A model generated the notes under the pieces. That model was not told the DNA's origin. It saw only the letters and a list, made by a program, of their open reading frames with translations, and did not search any database. Shown here piece by piece: positions 12,980-27,322 of a stretch of 64,000 bases of DNA. How positions within the stretch are numbered: position 1 is the stretch's first letter; each line of letters begins with the position of its first letter. The DNA comes from Malacoraja senta (lineage: Eukaryota), in the NCBI GenBank assembly GCA_038087875.1, contig JAXLNO010000146.1, forward strand, positions 372,001-436,000, read 5' to 3'. A program made the position numbers and the translations under genes.

Positions 12980-14430
12980 GGCTTCCTGGCTTCAACTGGC
13001 TGCTACGACAACTTCCAGTCAGGATTTCGACCTCTTCATAGCACCGAGACCGCTCTTATTAAAGTTGTAAACGACATTCGTCTTAACACAGACTCTGGCA
13101 AAGTTTCAATATTAATGCTATTAGATCTCAGTGCTGCATTCGACACTGTTGATCACTCAATACTTTTGGACAGGTTGGAAAAATGGGTGGGGCTCTCAGG
13201 CACAGTCTTAAGTTGGTTCAGGTCATATTTACAAGATAGGAACTATTTTGTTTCCATTGGAGACTTTGTATCAGAACCAACAAACGTGACGTGTGGAGTA
13301 CCACAAGGTTCGATCTTAGGGCCCTCTTTATTCAACATCTACATGATCCCACTAGGGCAAATCATGCGATATAATAATATTGACCACCACTGCTATGCCG
13401 ATGACACTCAAATCTATGTAGCGCTATCACCAAATGATTATCGCCCCATAGATCTGTTGTGCCAGTGCATTGAGCAAGTCAAAGACTGGATGTGCCAAAA
13501 TTTTCTCCAACTAAATAAGGACAAAACGGAGATAATTGTTTTTGGTGCTAAAAAAGAAAGGCTTAAAGTAACCCAACACCTTCACTCTCTGTCCCTGAAA
13601 ACTTCAAACAAAGCCAGAAATCTTGGGGTCATTATGGATTCAGATTTAAATTTCGACAGTCACATCAAATCAGTAACAAAATCGGCCTACAATCACCTCA
13701 AAAACATAGCAAGATTAAGAGGACTCATGTCAGCTCAAGATTTAGAAAAACTTGTACATGCCTTTATTAATAGTAGGCTAGATTATTGCAACGGTCTCCT
13801 TGCAGGTCTTCCAAAAAAAACTGTCAGGCAGCTACAGCTTGTTCAGAACGCTGTTGCTAGAGTTCTAACAAAGACCAAAAAATTTGAGCATATTACACCA
13901 ATTCTTAAATCCTTACATTGGCTCCCTGTATGTCAGAGAATTGATTTTAAAATCCTGCTGCTCACCTATAAATCACTACATGGTTTAGGGCCAAAGTATA
14001 TCACTGACATGCTTCCACTATATAAGCCTTCTAGACCGCTAAGATCTTCTGAAACCAATCTGCTAGTGATTCCCAGAGTAAATACAAAACATGGGAAAGC
14101 AGGATTTAGTTACTATGCAACAAATAGCTGGAATAAACTTCCTGAAGATTTAAGACTTGCCTCAACTTTGACCACTTTTAAAACAAGACTGAAAACTTTT
14201 ATGTTTACTTTAGCTTTCAGCTAAATCTTAACTACATTGCACTTTTAACTTTTGCACTTTTTATAATGCATTTTTAATTTTGTTTTTCTTTTCTTTTAGT
14301 TCTTCTATTTTATTTCATTTTATTATTTCATTTATTGTATGACATGTTTTTATGTGAAGCACTTTGAGTCTGCCTCGTGTATGAAATGTGCTATATAAAT
14401 AAAGTTGCCTTGCCTTGCCTTGCCTTGCCT
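12980..14430 (+). mobile_element. 5'-truncated L2 LINE with an open RT frame, nested in Helitron 1
   Basis: ORF to 14224 has [45 protein letters not shown] and LHWLPV. The tail is aataaa followed by (ttgcc)n. Confidence 0.92.
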
Positions 14431-14499
14431 TTGCTTTGCTTGACCTGAAATGAAAGCAAATGGATTGTATTGTTGTCCCCGCCTGCCCTGTGTTTGGCT

Positions 14500-15200
14500 T
14501 GGCCTTACTTGACTTGACTTGGCTTGGTTTGAATTGCCTTGGATGACTTGGATTGACTTGGATTGACTTGGATTGAGTTGGATTGAATTGGATTGACTTG
14601 GATTGACTTGGATTGACTTGACTTGACTTTATTTGACTTGACTTGGATTGACTAGGATTGACTTGGATTGACTTGACTTGGATTGACTTGGAGTGACATG
14701 GAGTGACTAGGAGAGATTTGGAGTGACTTGGAGTGACTTGGATTGACTTTGATTGACGTGGATTGTCATGGATTGACTTGGATTGACTTGAAATGGATTG
14801 ACTTGACTTGATTTGAAATGGCTGGACGACTTGACTTGACTTGACCTGAAATGGATTGAGTTGACTTGACTTGAAATGGATTGACTTGACTTGACTTGAC
14901 TTGAAATGGATTGTCTTGACTTGAAATGGATTGACTTTGTTGGCAAATGGATTGAATTGTTGGCCCTGCTTGCGCTGTGCTTGGCTTTACTTGACTTGAC
15001 TTGGCTTGGCTTGGATTGCCTTGGATTGCCTTGGATTGACTTGGAGTGACTTGGATTGATTTGGATTGACTTGATTTGAAATGAATTGACTTGACTTGAC
15101 TTGAAATGGATTGACTTGACTTGTCTTGAAATGGATTGTTGGCACTGCACTCACTGTGCTTGACTTGACTTTACTTGATTTGACTTGACTTGACTTGTTG
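14500..15200. repeat. Pentamer-based tandem array (ttgac/ttgga)
   Basis: Directly visible periodicity. Confidence 0.9.
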
Positions 15201-16395
15201 GCCCTGCACTCCGGTTGATCCAAATGTCCCGCTCACTCCGGAAGTCCCGCTCGATGGCGAGGCCGCGCTCAGCCGCGTGAGTAGATTCATGAGATTTTAC
15301 TGTCGTATATATGTTGTGTCTGTTTGAGTGAGTGTGTGTGAGTCAGTGTGTGTGAGATGGAGGGTGGCTGAGTGTGCCTGTGAGTGTGTGATGGATATTG
15401 TGTGTGTGTGAGTGTGGCTGTGTGTGTATGTATGAATGTGTGAGTGTGTGATGGAGGGTGTCTCTGTGTGTGTGATGGATTGTGTGTGTGAGGTGGAGGG
15501 TATGTGTGTGTGATGGAGGGTCTGTGTGTGAGCCCGCCAGCCGTGAGTCAACTGCCAGCCCACCAGCCGCGAGTGAGTGACTCACATGACTGCCCACCTT
15601 TGGCCCACCTAAAACCACTCATTTCGGTCCACAAGGCCCCTATTAGCCCAGAAACGAGTCCATTTTGCCGAAAATGACCGTATTAGCCCAGGAGGAGTAT
15701 TTTGGCCCAAATGGCATGTGCCAGGCCGGGAAAATTCAAGAAAGAGTGCCTTTAACTGAGATTTAACTCTGATTTATTTAAAGAGTACATTCGGCACATC
15801 ATGCCTGTACTAGCCCAGAAGGAGTTCCTTCGGCCCATCAGTAAGTATTCCCGCTGTAAGTATTAAACCTCACCCCAGTATGTTTCTCCCTCCCATCATT
15901 GGCTCACAGTGGGATCCACTCCAGGTCAGACTTTTCTCCTTCATTGCTGTGATCTGATGAAAAATGTCTAAAGTTGATTCTCCACCCTCTACCTCTTCTC
16001 TCTCACAGAGTCTCTCACCTGTTTTGAGCAGAATTTCTGGCAGTTTCTGAGCTGCCAGCCCACCAGCCCTGAGCTGCCAGCCCACCAGCTCTGTGTGAAT
16101 GAGCTGCCAGCCCGCCAGGCCTGAGTGACTGAACTGCCAAGCCCGAGTGACTGAACTGCCAGACCTGAGTGACTGAGTGACTGAACTGCAAGCCCAGGAA
16201 TCCATTCGGCCCGCAATGTCCATACTGGCCCTCTGGAAACCAGTCCCTTCGGCCCACAACACTCATGCTAGCGCTCCAGAAAACCCTCCTCCCCGAATGG
16301 CCACCAATATTGGAATTGGTGGAGAGGTGGAATATTGCGTTTGGGGACCAGCCCCCCGTGTGTACCTGGGACCCAAAGGATCCCACTTAGTCTAG

Positions 16396-18180
16396 TTTAT
16401 TGTCAATAGCTGCGGTCCCAGCAGACCCTTGCGGTACCCCACTATTCACTGCCTGTCATTCTCAAAGGGACTCGTTAATCCCTACTCTTTGTTTCCTGTC
16501 TGCCAACCAATTTTCTATCCATGTCAGTTCTTTACCCCAATACCATGTGCCCTCATTTTGTCCACTAATCTCCGATGAGGGACCTTATCAAATGCTTTCT
16601 GAAAGTCCAAGTACACTAAATCCACTGGCTTTCTCTTGTCCATTTTCCAAGTTACATCCACAAAAAATACCATAAGATTAGTCAAGTATGATTTCCCCTT
16701 CATAAATCCATGCTAACTCTGACCGATCCTGCTACTGCTATCCAAGGGTGCCGCTATTTGATCTTTTGCAATTGACTCCAGTAGCTTCCGCACCACCGAT
16801 GTCAGGCTAACTGGTCTATAATTTCCTTTCTTTTTCCCGCTTTTTTTTTAAAAAGTGGGATAACATTATCTACCCTCTAATCCACATGAACTGATCCTGA
16901 ATCTATAGAACATTGGGAAATTATTAGCAATGTATCCACGATTTCCAGCGCCACCTGCTTGAGTACCCTGAGATGCAGACCATCACGTCCTGGGGATTTA
17001 TCAGTCTTCAGTCTCATCTATCTACCCAATACCATGTCCTGCCTAATGTGCATTTCATCAGATCCTCCATCATCCTAGATCCTATGGCCACTAGTACACC
17101 AGGGAGATTGTTTGTGTCCTCCTTAGTGAAGACGGTTCCATAGTACCTGTTTACCTCGTCTGCCATTTCCTTGTTCCCCATAATAAATTCACCATTTTCA
17201 GTCTTCAATTCTCCAAATTTGGTCTTAACTATTTTTTCCTCTTCACATACCTAAGGAAGTTTTTACTATCCTCCTTTATATTCGTAGCTAGCTTATCCGC
17301 GTACCTCATATTTTCTTCCCGTATTGCCTTTTTAGTTATATTCTGTTGCTCTTTAAAAGTTACCCAATTCTCTGGCTTCCCGCTCACCTATGCTATGTTA
17401 TAATTTTTCTCTTTTATTTTTATACTGTCCCTGACTTCACTTGTCAGCCACGGCCGCCCTTTACTCCCCTTAGAATCTGTCTTCCTCTTTGGAATGAACC
17501 TTCTGTACACCTTCTGTATTATTCCCAGAAATACCTGTCATTTTTGGTCCACTCCCATCCCTGCTAGGGTATCTTTCCAGTCAACTTTGGCCAGCTCCTC
17601 TCTCATGGCACCATAGTCCCCTTTGTTCAACTATAATACTGACACCTCCGATTTACCCTTCTCCCTCTCAAATTGTAGATCAAAACTTATCATATTTTGC
17701 GCACTTCCTCGTAATGTCTCCATTACCTCGAGTTCCCTTATCAAACCCGGTTCATTACACAACACTAAATCGAAGATTGCCTTCTCCCTGGTAGGCTCCA
17801 ATACAAGCTGCTCTAATAAATCATTACGGAGGCACTCCTCAAACTCCCTTTCTTGGGGTCCAGTAACAACCTGATTTTCCCAGTCTACCTCCATGTTGAA
17901 ATTTCAAATAACAACCGTAGCATTATCTTTATGACATGCCAATTTTAACTCTTGATTCAACTTGCACCCTATATCCAGGCTACTGTTTGGGGGCCTGTTG
18001 ATAACTCCCATTAGGGTCGTTTTACCCTTACAATTCCTCAGATCTATCCATACTGACATATATCTCCTGAATCGATGTCACCCCTCGCAAGGAACTGAAT
18101 TACATTTCTCACCAACAGAGCTACCACACCCGCTCTGTGCACCGGTCTGTCTTCGATAAGACGTCTACCCTTGAATGTTC
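16396..18180 (-). mobile_element. CR1 LINE ORF2 (endonuclease and RT), degenerate
   Basis: LEQLVLEPTREKAIFDLVLCNEP and GNKEMADEVNRYY motifs. Confidence 0.85.
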
Positions 18181-18934
18181 AGTTGAATTTATAATTACAA
18201 TTTATAAATACTGGAATGTTCCGTTTATAATTACTGCGATCCAATGCACTCGCACACATGTGAATCGTTAATTTTGTACCATCGTCAACAAATCGTCATT
18301 GTTTTAGTATTTCTGCATCGGATTGAATTATGGTTTTTCAAGTGATACCTTGTGAGATAGTGGACCGAATGATGACTTTTGCAATTTCATGTAATTCTTA
18401 TTCCCGTGCTCTCTTCTCACACATCTGCCTGTCTACCTAGTTTCTAACTCAGCACTATGATGCAGATTGATTCATGCACTCCACCTCTTCTTAAGTCCAA
18501 TTCCTAGCTCTTTCGTCTTTCAGACACGAGGGAAGAGGCTGTTGCATTCACATCATGCTACGAAGATCTCAATCTCCTTGTAAGATCCGGCTGACCACGG
18601 TGTATTTATCTACAAACCTGTAAATGTAGTTTGAGCAAGAATTGGTCACACAGCAGTAAGTGTACAGGGAGAGAGCAAGATGCGGACGACGCGGCTTTTC
18701 TGTGCGCCGATGTTGAAAATGATCGCGGACGATGATTTGTCGCGTACCCTTTCTGATTTTGTGTGCGAGTCAGGGAGTCAGTGGCAGAGGGCGTGATGTT
18801 TGCAAGTTACAGGAATATGGAGATGGGTTTGGTTGGGATTGTGATACTGATTGTGGGTCTGTAGACAAACAATAGGAGGCCTTCTTCTCCAGATGTTCTG
18901 GAGATGACTGTACCGTGGCGCCATAGAGATGGCG

Positions 18935-20730
18935 TCCATACATCTACTATATTAGTGTTTTTTATATATGTATTTAAAAGTTCACTAGTCTTAGATTTTA
19001 AATTACTCCTCTTTTGTTTTACTGATTTGTCTAGATACGGATCTAAAACACAATTGAAGTCCCCTCCTATTATCACATTCTGATAATTAAACTCTGATAT
19101 TTATATCTATTATTTTGTCAAAAAATTTGGGGTTGTCAAAGTTCGGAGTGTAAATATTTATCATAGTTAGCGGGGTTGCATAAATTTCTTCCGAAACTAT
19201 AATATACCTTCCCTCTTTATCTGATATAGTATTCTTTAATTTAAAATGTATACCTTTTCGGATAAGAATAGCCGTACCTCTAGATTTAGAAGTAAATGAC
19301 GAATAATATGTTTCACCTATCCACTTCGCCTTTAATCTCATTTGTGTTTGTTGTTTCATGTGAGTTTCCTGTATAAACATGATGTCGCTATTCATAGATT
19401 TTAGTTGAGCAAAAAGTTTACCCCTCTTAATTGGTTCATTGGCACCCCTTATATTCCAACTACAGAATGTAATTCCTCCATTCTTTCTTTGTCTATCGTC
19501 TTGCATTATATATCAAAATAATATTACTGAATCATATGGTGCAACCAAATACCTCCGAGTTCTGGGCGTTGGGTGGTCATGCCAAATGTTTAGATTTATA
19601 TAGCATCTCCTTCTTGTGCAGTGCCTTTGAAAAAGAAAAGAAAGATGTGATTTAAACTTGATTACAAAAAAAGTGTGCGAATAAAAGACTTTATAGTGAA
19701 ACAATGTGCTCTTACGATATCTAAGAAAAGATATCCTAAAGATGAATGGCCACCTAAGGTGGCGAAAAATGTATAGACTTCCGTTGATGTTGTTATACAT
19801 TGAGCTCCAACTCCTTAATAGATCCTCATAAAAAACTACAGACCTTTACATATTTTATCTTTGCTTATATAAATTTACCAAAGTAGCCCCAATAAAAACC
19901 GAAAAATAATTAACAAAAAAGAAAAAAATCAAAGGGAGATATAAAAAATGAAAAACACAAAAACACATATAAAACACAACCTAAGTTCAATTTTATAAAT
20001 ATATATGCCCTTCCAATTTATCTAACCTTAATCTAGTCTAAGCTTTACCATATATATCCACCCAGGATTCTTACACATACAAACAGGTACCAAGGGGTTA
20101 AACAAAACCTCACTACAGAATCTCTTCCAGTTATATGCTGCAACCGACTCCTACCCACCCAAAAAGTATAAACAAGTTATGTTAATTGTGTTATAGACGT
20201 ATTAGTGACTTAAATCAATTATCTCCTTCCCCGTCTCATGATTTATTCATGATTTATTCATATTTAATACATCCATTCACAAATAATTAGTAGTGTTAAA
20301 TTTGTTAAAGTCGGTAATTATTTATAATTGGAGTATAATAATTAAAAATCTTCTTAAATCAGCAGATTATATATTCTATGTCGTTCCATGTCCATTATAC
20401 ATTCCCTCGTTAATTCTGTGTCTTCAACGTCTTTTGTTTATCTTTAAGCTTTTCATTCAAGGTGAAATATAGACAGTACTCTCCCAAACACATTCCAGAC
20501 AGATAAGCTTGCTAACTGTCTGGAAAATTCCGCCATCTTAACGAGTCCTAAAAGTTAAACCGATCAATCTTCATCCGTGTCAAGAACTTCAGCCGCTTCA
20601 GCAGAAGTGTTCTTTACGATATCCTCTGCATATTTAAAAGCTTTTTCGGGGTCTGTGAACGAGCGTACAGTACCATTATGAGTAATCTTCATTTTAGCTA
20701 GAACGGCAAATGTTTTTTTAAGCGGGATCC
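18935..20730 (-). mobile_element. L1 LINE internal fragment: ORF1 C-terminus, AT-rich spacer and ORF2 endonuclease N-terminus
   Basis: SWNIRG...FIQETH...SDKEGRYII...NIYTPN and IIGGDFN endonuclease motifs. The ORF1-like end reads AKMKITHNGTVRSFTDPEKA. Confidence 0.85.
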
Positions 20731-21967
20731 TGTGCGGATCTTTCAGTCGGATATAATCTATTTTCTGATTACATTTAGCAAACACCCCAGTCACCTACTG
20801 AAGTCTATTAATATCTCAGGGAAACCTTAATGACGCTATGAGAATTGCATAAAGTAAGGATGTATGAGTGGTTTCTTTTTAATGTAATATTTTGTCGTTA
20901 TTCTTATGCATAACTGACACATTTTGCAATAAACTTAAAACGAGAAGCAATACATTATGTTTTAGTTATTTTCCCACAAAGCATTCTTGGCGAACACATT
21001 CACTAATTTCTCGTGAACTGTTATTCCCTTGTTTAGTTTAACAACTGTTGCTCTTCATTCGTTATTGCTAATTGAGATACGGAGGTTTAAACATACACCT
21101 GATATCTATAATGATTCAGATATGTTGAAACTGTGCTACATTGGTAAATAACAGACTTATTGAGATGCTTGGAATATTGTACCAGTGTTATTGTAGTTGT
21201 GAATATGTGCAATGTATTCGTATTGAAATCCTAAATTCTGCATCTCTTGAGATGTACAATGGTGAGTTCGGCTCAGGAAACTATTAGGACCAGGGCAATC
21301 CTACACGCCTCCCGATGCAGAGCAACACAATCTAAACAATAACAACGTGTTAGTTGGAAATCTGAAATAGTGACAGAAAATGGTGGAATAGAGGTAGCTA
21401 ATATTTCGTGTCCGATACCCTTGGCCCAGTTCCCCAGAACTGCGGGAAAAGAGAAGGGACATTTGTCTCTGTAGTAGAGTTGAAACGTGATGGCAATGAG
21501 TGTAATAAAATAACCTTCTCTGTTAATGTGAAGTAATGCAACCATCAGGATCAGTTATGGCAGAGATCAAACTGGATTAAGTGAACAAGTACAAGTACCT
21601 GGTCCTTCACAGAAGCAACAATTGTGCGTTGCCTATACGCATAATCTACTATTTTTACCTAAATAACTTGGAACTCTGCCTATGATGAGAAGCATCTAGG
21701 CATCACGTTCTTCGCAGTGTTGCCATCACCGATGGTCGGTGCGCTCAGGATGGGTCGGCTGACGTGGTTCTCTGTTGTATGTGCCCATGGTCCCCATGAC
21801 ACATAATAATTCCAATCTCTCAATTACCTGTACGGGAAATCCTGTTCCCGACATGAAATGCCTCCCGAACACAGTTAAAATTCAACGATCTTCCTCTGCC
21901 AATATCTATTGAAGTCGTGAAAATAGAAAACCCTCTAAATATACATGTCCCGAAACCATCTTGATGC

Positions 21968-22232
21968 TCAGGGAACGTGACTTAGCAAAACAAATGGGAT
22001 ACTTCGCTCCATCTTCCTCACACAGCGAGATTTCAGAAGCGCATAATAAACAAACAACACTCGGATGATGGTAACGAGAAAAATTAAACCTTGCATCAAA
22101 CAGATCCCCATCAATCCCAGCCATCCCTTTCGACATCCCCGCAGAGACAAGGTACTCCTCCTATTATCATCTTGTTTCATGCATCTTGGCTGCCTCTTGA
22201 CGAATTCGGTCAGCCAGATTGATAATGTTCTC
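21968..22232 (-). pseudogene. Retroviral env remnant, C-terminal TM part (continuation of 27915-28744)
   Basis: ENIINLADRIRQEAAKMH, comparable to GNITNLADHTQEAVDK in the other env, followed by a hydrophobic membrane anchor GWLGLMGICLMQGLIFLVTII. Confidence 0.6.
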
Positions 22233-22239
22233 TTTTAAA

Positions 22240-23481
22240 GCGAGGACGCATTCGTCACGGAGCGGGCGAGCTCTCGCCGGGGGTCGCCGGAGAGGAGCGC
22301 TCTGATCGCTGGCCCGCGGCAGCCTGAAGCCGCGGTCTGCATAGTTCCAGCTGGCGCGGCGTCCTGGGCCTGGGATCCCTCGTTGGGGACCCGGGAGGAG
22401 AGGAGCTCCGACCGCCGGCCCGCGGCCAACTTCTACCGCGGGCGCGGCGTGGACTAAGGGCTCTGTCTTACGTTGTTGCGGTCATCGGCGGTGAAGCGGC
22501 TTCGCCTGTAGAGTGGACCGCACGGCAACGGCGAGAGCGCCGACCCTATGCCACGGGAGCGCCGCACGGATGCTGCGCGGGGGCCGGGTGATTGAAATAC
22601 GGCTGGTCCCACGTGCTTGCGGTGAGTAAAAAAAAGGGCGGGCCGACTGCGATGACGTCGGCCCGCCGCACGTGACTTACTAGCGGCTGTGGCGGCGGCC
22701 GTCCTGATCGCGGCGCTGTAGCGGTGGCTGTGCCAGCGGCCGTGCCGCACACGTGCCTCACTGGCGGAGGCTGTGACAGTGCAAGTTCGACGCTCGGCGC
22801 TCGAGCCACACTGGCGGCGGCTGTGGCGGCGGCCGTGCCGCACTCGTGCATCACTGGTGGAGGCTGTGCGGTAGGAAAATATTTTTGAACAGTGTAGGTT
22901 TTATTTTAGCACCGTGCGGTGTTGGGAACAATGCCGCACGGCCCCGGAATTGTGCGTTCTCTCGAGTGCCCGGTCTATGGCGGCAGATTCTTCCCGTTTC
23001 GCCACCAATGACCGCAGACTCGTGAGACAGGCCTTTTACCATCAGGAGCGGGTTCCCTCGCCGGGGACCCTTGGAGCGGAGCTCCGACCGCCGACCCTGC
23101 GGTCTGCGGTGCTTCCAGCTGCGATGCGGCTGGGACTTTTGATCTTCAACCGCCGGCCTGCGGCCTACACCAACCTGAAGTCGTGGTCTCCGGTAGGGAA
23201 GCACCGATTTAGGACTTACCTGGACATTACATTGCCTACACATCTGGACGCACGCAGCGGCGACTGCAGAGGATTGAGGTCCCGACCACGGGGGAAATGG
23301 AGAAGGACTGGACAATTTTGTGCCTTCCACCAGAGTGATGAATGCTGTGGTGGATGTTTATGTTAAAATTTTATTGTGTTTTTGTGTGTTCTTTTTTCAT
23401 CGTACCGCTGCTGGTAAATTCATTTCACTTGCACTTTATGTGCAAGTGACGAATAAAACTGATTGTATTGTATTGTATTGT
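22240..23481 (+). mobile_element. GC-rich SINE-like element with (ttgta)n tail, interrupted by a MITE
   Basis: 23285-23365 matches the reverse complement of 5160-5245. It ends gtgacgaataaaac followed by (ttgta)n. Confidence 0.65.
22457..23035. mobile_element. PIF/Harbinger-type MITE
   Basis: Imperfect TIRs gggctctgtcttacg and cgtgagacaggcc, flanked by taa/tta. The uninterrupted site ggacttaccatc is seen in the related element near 5410 (minus strand). Confidence 0.6.
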
Positions 23482-23835
23482 TACATCTATATTACTAAAA
23501 TTAAGATCTTGACCGCTTTCGCCTCACTGTTTCGTGATTTCCGAGAGAAAATCGACCGTCATTTTTGGCCACCACACTCAGAGTCCCCCTCCGCCGGAAT
23601 GGACTGGAGGAGTTTTCCCATCGATGAAAAATCAGAGATTTATTAATGTTTTAAAAAATATCGCCATTCTGTCTGCGGCCCCCGCTGGCGGCAGGGGGGA
23701 GGGACTATAAAACCCGGAAGTGTCGTGCCACACTCAGTCTCTGCGAGACGGAGGAAGCGAGAGGGTCACGGCTCTCTGAGCTGCGAATAACAGAACGCAC
23801 GTCTACTCCACGGTGAGTCCCCTCGACGTGGTTGT

Positions 23836-24166
23836 AAAGTGTTTGCAAAATTGGCTTGGCTTTTAAAGACTCTTCAGAAAATGTGTTGGTTGTTTGCAAA
23901 GTGTTTGCCAAATTCGCTTGGCTTTTAAAAACTTCAGAAAATGTGTTGGTTGTTTGCAAAGTGTTTGCCAAGTTGGCTTGGCTTTTAAAGACTCCTCAGA
24001 AAATGTGTTGGTTGGTTGCAAAGTGTTTGCCAAATTGGCTTGGTTTTTAAAGACTCTTCAGAAAATGTGTTGGTTGTTTGCTAAGTGTTTGCCAAATTGG
24101 CTTGGCTTTTAAAGACATTTCAGAATATGTGTTGGTTGTTTGCAAAGTGTTTGCCAAATTGGCTTG
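23836..24166. repeat. Tandem repeat of about 60 bp, about 5.5 copies
   Basis: Unit aaagtgtttgccaaattggcttggcttttaaagactcttcagaaaatgtgttggttgtttgc. Confidence 0.9.
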
Positions 24167-24169
24167 GGG

Positions 24170-26410
24170 CCTTGGGGCCTAGTCCTCGCCTCCAAGTGAT
24201 GATCCCTTTTCCCGTCTCCAACGAACCCCCTCCTCGTGGACCCCCCTCATGGCCTTCCGGCTTTAGACCTTTTTATCCAAAACTGCCGACGGGACATCAA
24301 GCGCCTCAACTTCTCCACTCCCCTGTCTCACTCCAATCTCTCCCCCCTGAACGTACAGCCATCGACTCACTACACAACAACCCAGACTGGGTTATCCAAC
24401 CCGCCGACAAGGGAGGTGCCGTGGTGGTCTAACGCGTCGATCTCTACAACGCTGAGGCCATGCGCCAACTCTCGGACCTCCTCCTCCTTACCCCTGGACC
24501 ATGACCCCACAGACAAGCACCAGGCCACTATCTCTTGCATCATCACCGACTTCATCAACTACCACTCCCTGCCCCCCACCCGAGCCTCCAACCTCATCGT
24601 TCCCCAGCCCCGCACGGCCCGATATTACCTTCTCCCCAAAATCCACAAACCTGACTGTCCTGGTAGACCCATTGTCTCTGCCTGTTCGTCCCCTACCGAA
24701 CTTAATTCCATATACCTTGACTCCATCCTATCCCCCCTGGTTAAATCCCTCACTACCTATATTCAAGACACCTCAGACACTCTCCGTCGTCTCCGGGCTT
24801 TCCATTCTCTAGGCCCCCATCCCCTCATCTTCACCATGGACGTCCAGTCACTCTATACACCTCCATCCCCCACTAGGATGGTCTCAAAGCCCTCCGGTTC
24901 TTCCTCGATCGGAGAATCAACCTATACACGTCCACTGATACTATCCTCCGCCTAGCGGAATTGGTCCTTACCCTCAATTACTTCTCGTTTGACTACTCCC
25001 ATTTACTCCAAATACAAGGCATAGCTATGGGCACGCGCATGGGCCCCAGCTTTGCCTGTCTCTTTGTCGGGTACGTCGAACAATCATTTTTCGAAGCGTA
25101 CCAGGGACCATCCCCAACCTCTACCTCTGCTACATCGACGATTGCTTTGGTTCTACCTCCTGCACCCACACACAACTGACTGACTTCATCCGCTTCACCA
25201 CTAACTTCCATCCGGCACTCAAATACACCTGGACCATTCCGACACTTCCCCACCATTTCTTAACCTCTCTATCTCCATCACAGGTGATAGACTTCTGACC
25301 GACATCCACTATAAACCCACTGACTCCCATGGCTATCTAGGCTACTCTTCGTCCCTTCATGCTTCCTGTAAGGACTCCATCCCCTACTCCCAATTCCTCC
25401 ATCTACGCCGCATCTGCTCCCAGGATAAGGTGTTCCACATCAGGGCATCGGAAATGTCCTCTTTCTTCAGGGAACGAGGGTTACCCTCCCCTACTATAGA
25501 TGAGGCTCTCACCAGGGTCTCTTCCATACCCCGCAACACTGCTCTCTCTCCCCCCATCCCCCCACTCGTAACAAGGGCAGAGTCCCACTAGTCTTCACCT
25601 TTCACCCCACGGGCCGTCACATACAACAAATAGTCCTCCGTCATTTTAGCCAACTCCAACGTGACCCCACCACTTGCCACATCTTCCCATCTCCCCCCTG
25701 TCTGCTTTCCAGAAAGACCGCTCCCCCCGTAACTCCCTGGTCAATTCTTCCCTTCCCTCCCGAAACACCCCCTCCCCGTGCACTTTCACTTGCAACCGCA
25801 AGAGATGCTACACTTGTCGCTTTACCTCCACCCTCGACTCCATTCAAGGAACCAAGCAGTCGTTCCAGGTGCGACAGAGGTTCACCTGCATCTCCTCCAA
25901 CCTCATCTATTGCATCCGCTGCTCTAGATGTCGGCTGATCTACATCGGTGAGACCAAGATCGTTTCGCCGAACACCTCCGCTCGGTCCACATTAACCAAC
26001 CTGGTCTCCCGGTGGCTCAGCACTTTAACTCCCCCTCCCATTCCGATTCCGACCTCTCTGTCCTGGGCCTCCTCCATGGCCAGAGTGAATACCACCGGAA
26101 ATTGGAGGAGCAGCACCACTTATTCCGCTTGGACAGTCTGCACCCTAGCGGCATAAACATTGAATTCTCCAATTTCCGGTAGCCCTTGCCGTCTCCTCCC
26201 CTTCTCAGCTCTCCTTCAACCCTCGGGCTCTTCCTCTTCCTTTTTCCTTTCTTCTCCGCGTCCCCCCCCCACCCTACCTCAGTCTGAAGAAGGGTTTCGG
26301 CCCGAAACGTTGCCTATTTCCTTTGCTCCATAGATGCTGCTGCACCCGCTGCGTTTCTCCAGCACTTTTGTCTACCTTCGATTTTCCAGCATTTGCAGTT
26401 CCTTCTTAAA
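24170..26410 (+). mobile_element. Penelope-like retroelement (RT and GIY-YIG endonuclease), degenerate
   Basis: PADKGGAVVV, LLPKIHK..PGRPIVS, TMDVQSLYT, GIAMGTRMGPS and NLIYCIRC...IYIGET motifs. Confidence 0.9.
26280..26315 (+). ncRNA. Minimal hammerhead-ribozyme motif of the Penelope terminal repeat
   Basis: CTGAAGA-a-ggg-tttcgg-ccc-GAAA-cgtt: both conserved core boxes flank a short stem II, with a palindromic stem III region. Confidence 0.6.
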
Positions 26411-26765
26411 CACTGAAGGTATGTGTGAGTCGGTATGAGTCTGTGTGAGTCTGTGTGAGTCTGTGTGAGTCTGTGTGTGTGTGTGTCTGTTCGTGTCAAG
26501 TTTGTTCGTGGCAAGATGGCGCTGACTGCAGAAGGCATAGTGAAGACGTCGTTGAATAATTCAAGAGATCTGACTGCTCTGTCTATGTTGAGTGTGTTTG
26601 TTGGACGTTATTTAAAGCACGTTTTTGCTTCAGCAGCATCAGCCTCGACAGGAGGCTTTAAACGTTTGAATCATTCGATTTACACACTGTATGTTCACCA
26701 CGTTCTGAAGTTACTTGGCATTTTAGTATTGTTTCTGTGTGAGTGAGTGTGAGTGTGTGAGTGAG

Positions 26766-26895
<130 letters not shown>

Positions 26896-27322
26896 TGAGT
26901 CTGTGCGTGTTTGTGTGTGAGTCTGTGTGTGTGAGTCTGTGTGTGTCTGTGAGTGTGTGCAAGTCTGTGTGTGTCTGTGTGTGTCTTAGTCTAGTCTGGG
27001 ATATAATTACACCATTCAAATCCTCTCACGTATTCAATTCTCAGATTGTGTGTGTCTGTGTGTTCCTGTTTGAGTCTGTTTGTGTCTACACACATAACGA
27101 CGCAGTGAGCAGCAACAAGAGACACTACAAGAAATAACTTAATAATTCTCATCTTTAACATTTAAATTGTTCTTATATTTTAAAAGTCATTCACATATTA
27201 AACTTTAATAAATCCTTTTTCCACTTTTCATGCCTGCGTGTTCTTCATCACAATCGGAACCTAATGGGCAGGAATGGATGCTCTGTGGGAGTGCATGGGG
27301 GCGGTTGTGGGGAGGGACCAGG

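Larger units (their letters stand above)
12323..16395 (+). mobile_element. Non-autonomous Helitron, copy 1
   Basis: Starts TC after an A (tc...actaaaagtctcatcttgacc) and ends with hairpin gggacccaaaggatccc plus acttagtCTAG before a T. There is no TSD and it splits a CR1. Confidence 0.8.

Noticed and set aside
12911..14224. 437-aa ORF as a host gene
   Set aside because: It is a 5'-truncated L2 RT whose start codon comes from flanking Helitron repeat sequence.
21273..21960. Possible retroviral accessory ORFs downstream of the old env
   Set aside because: The frames are short and broken with no recognisable motif, so they cannot be supported from sequence alone.
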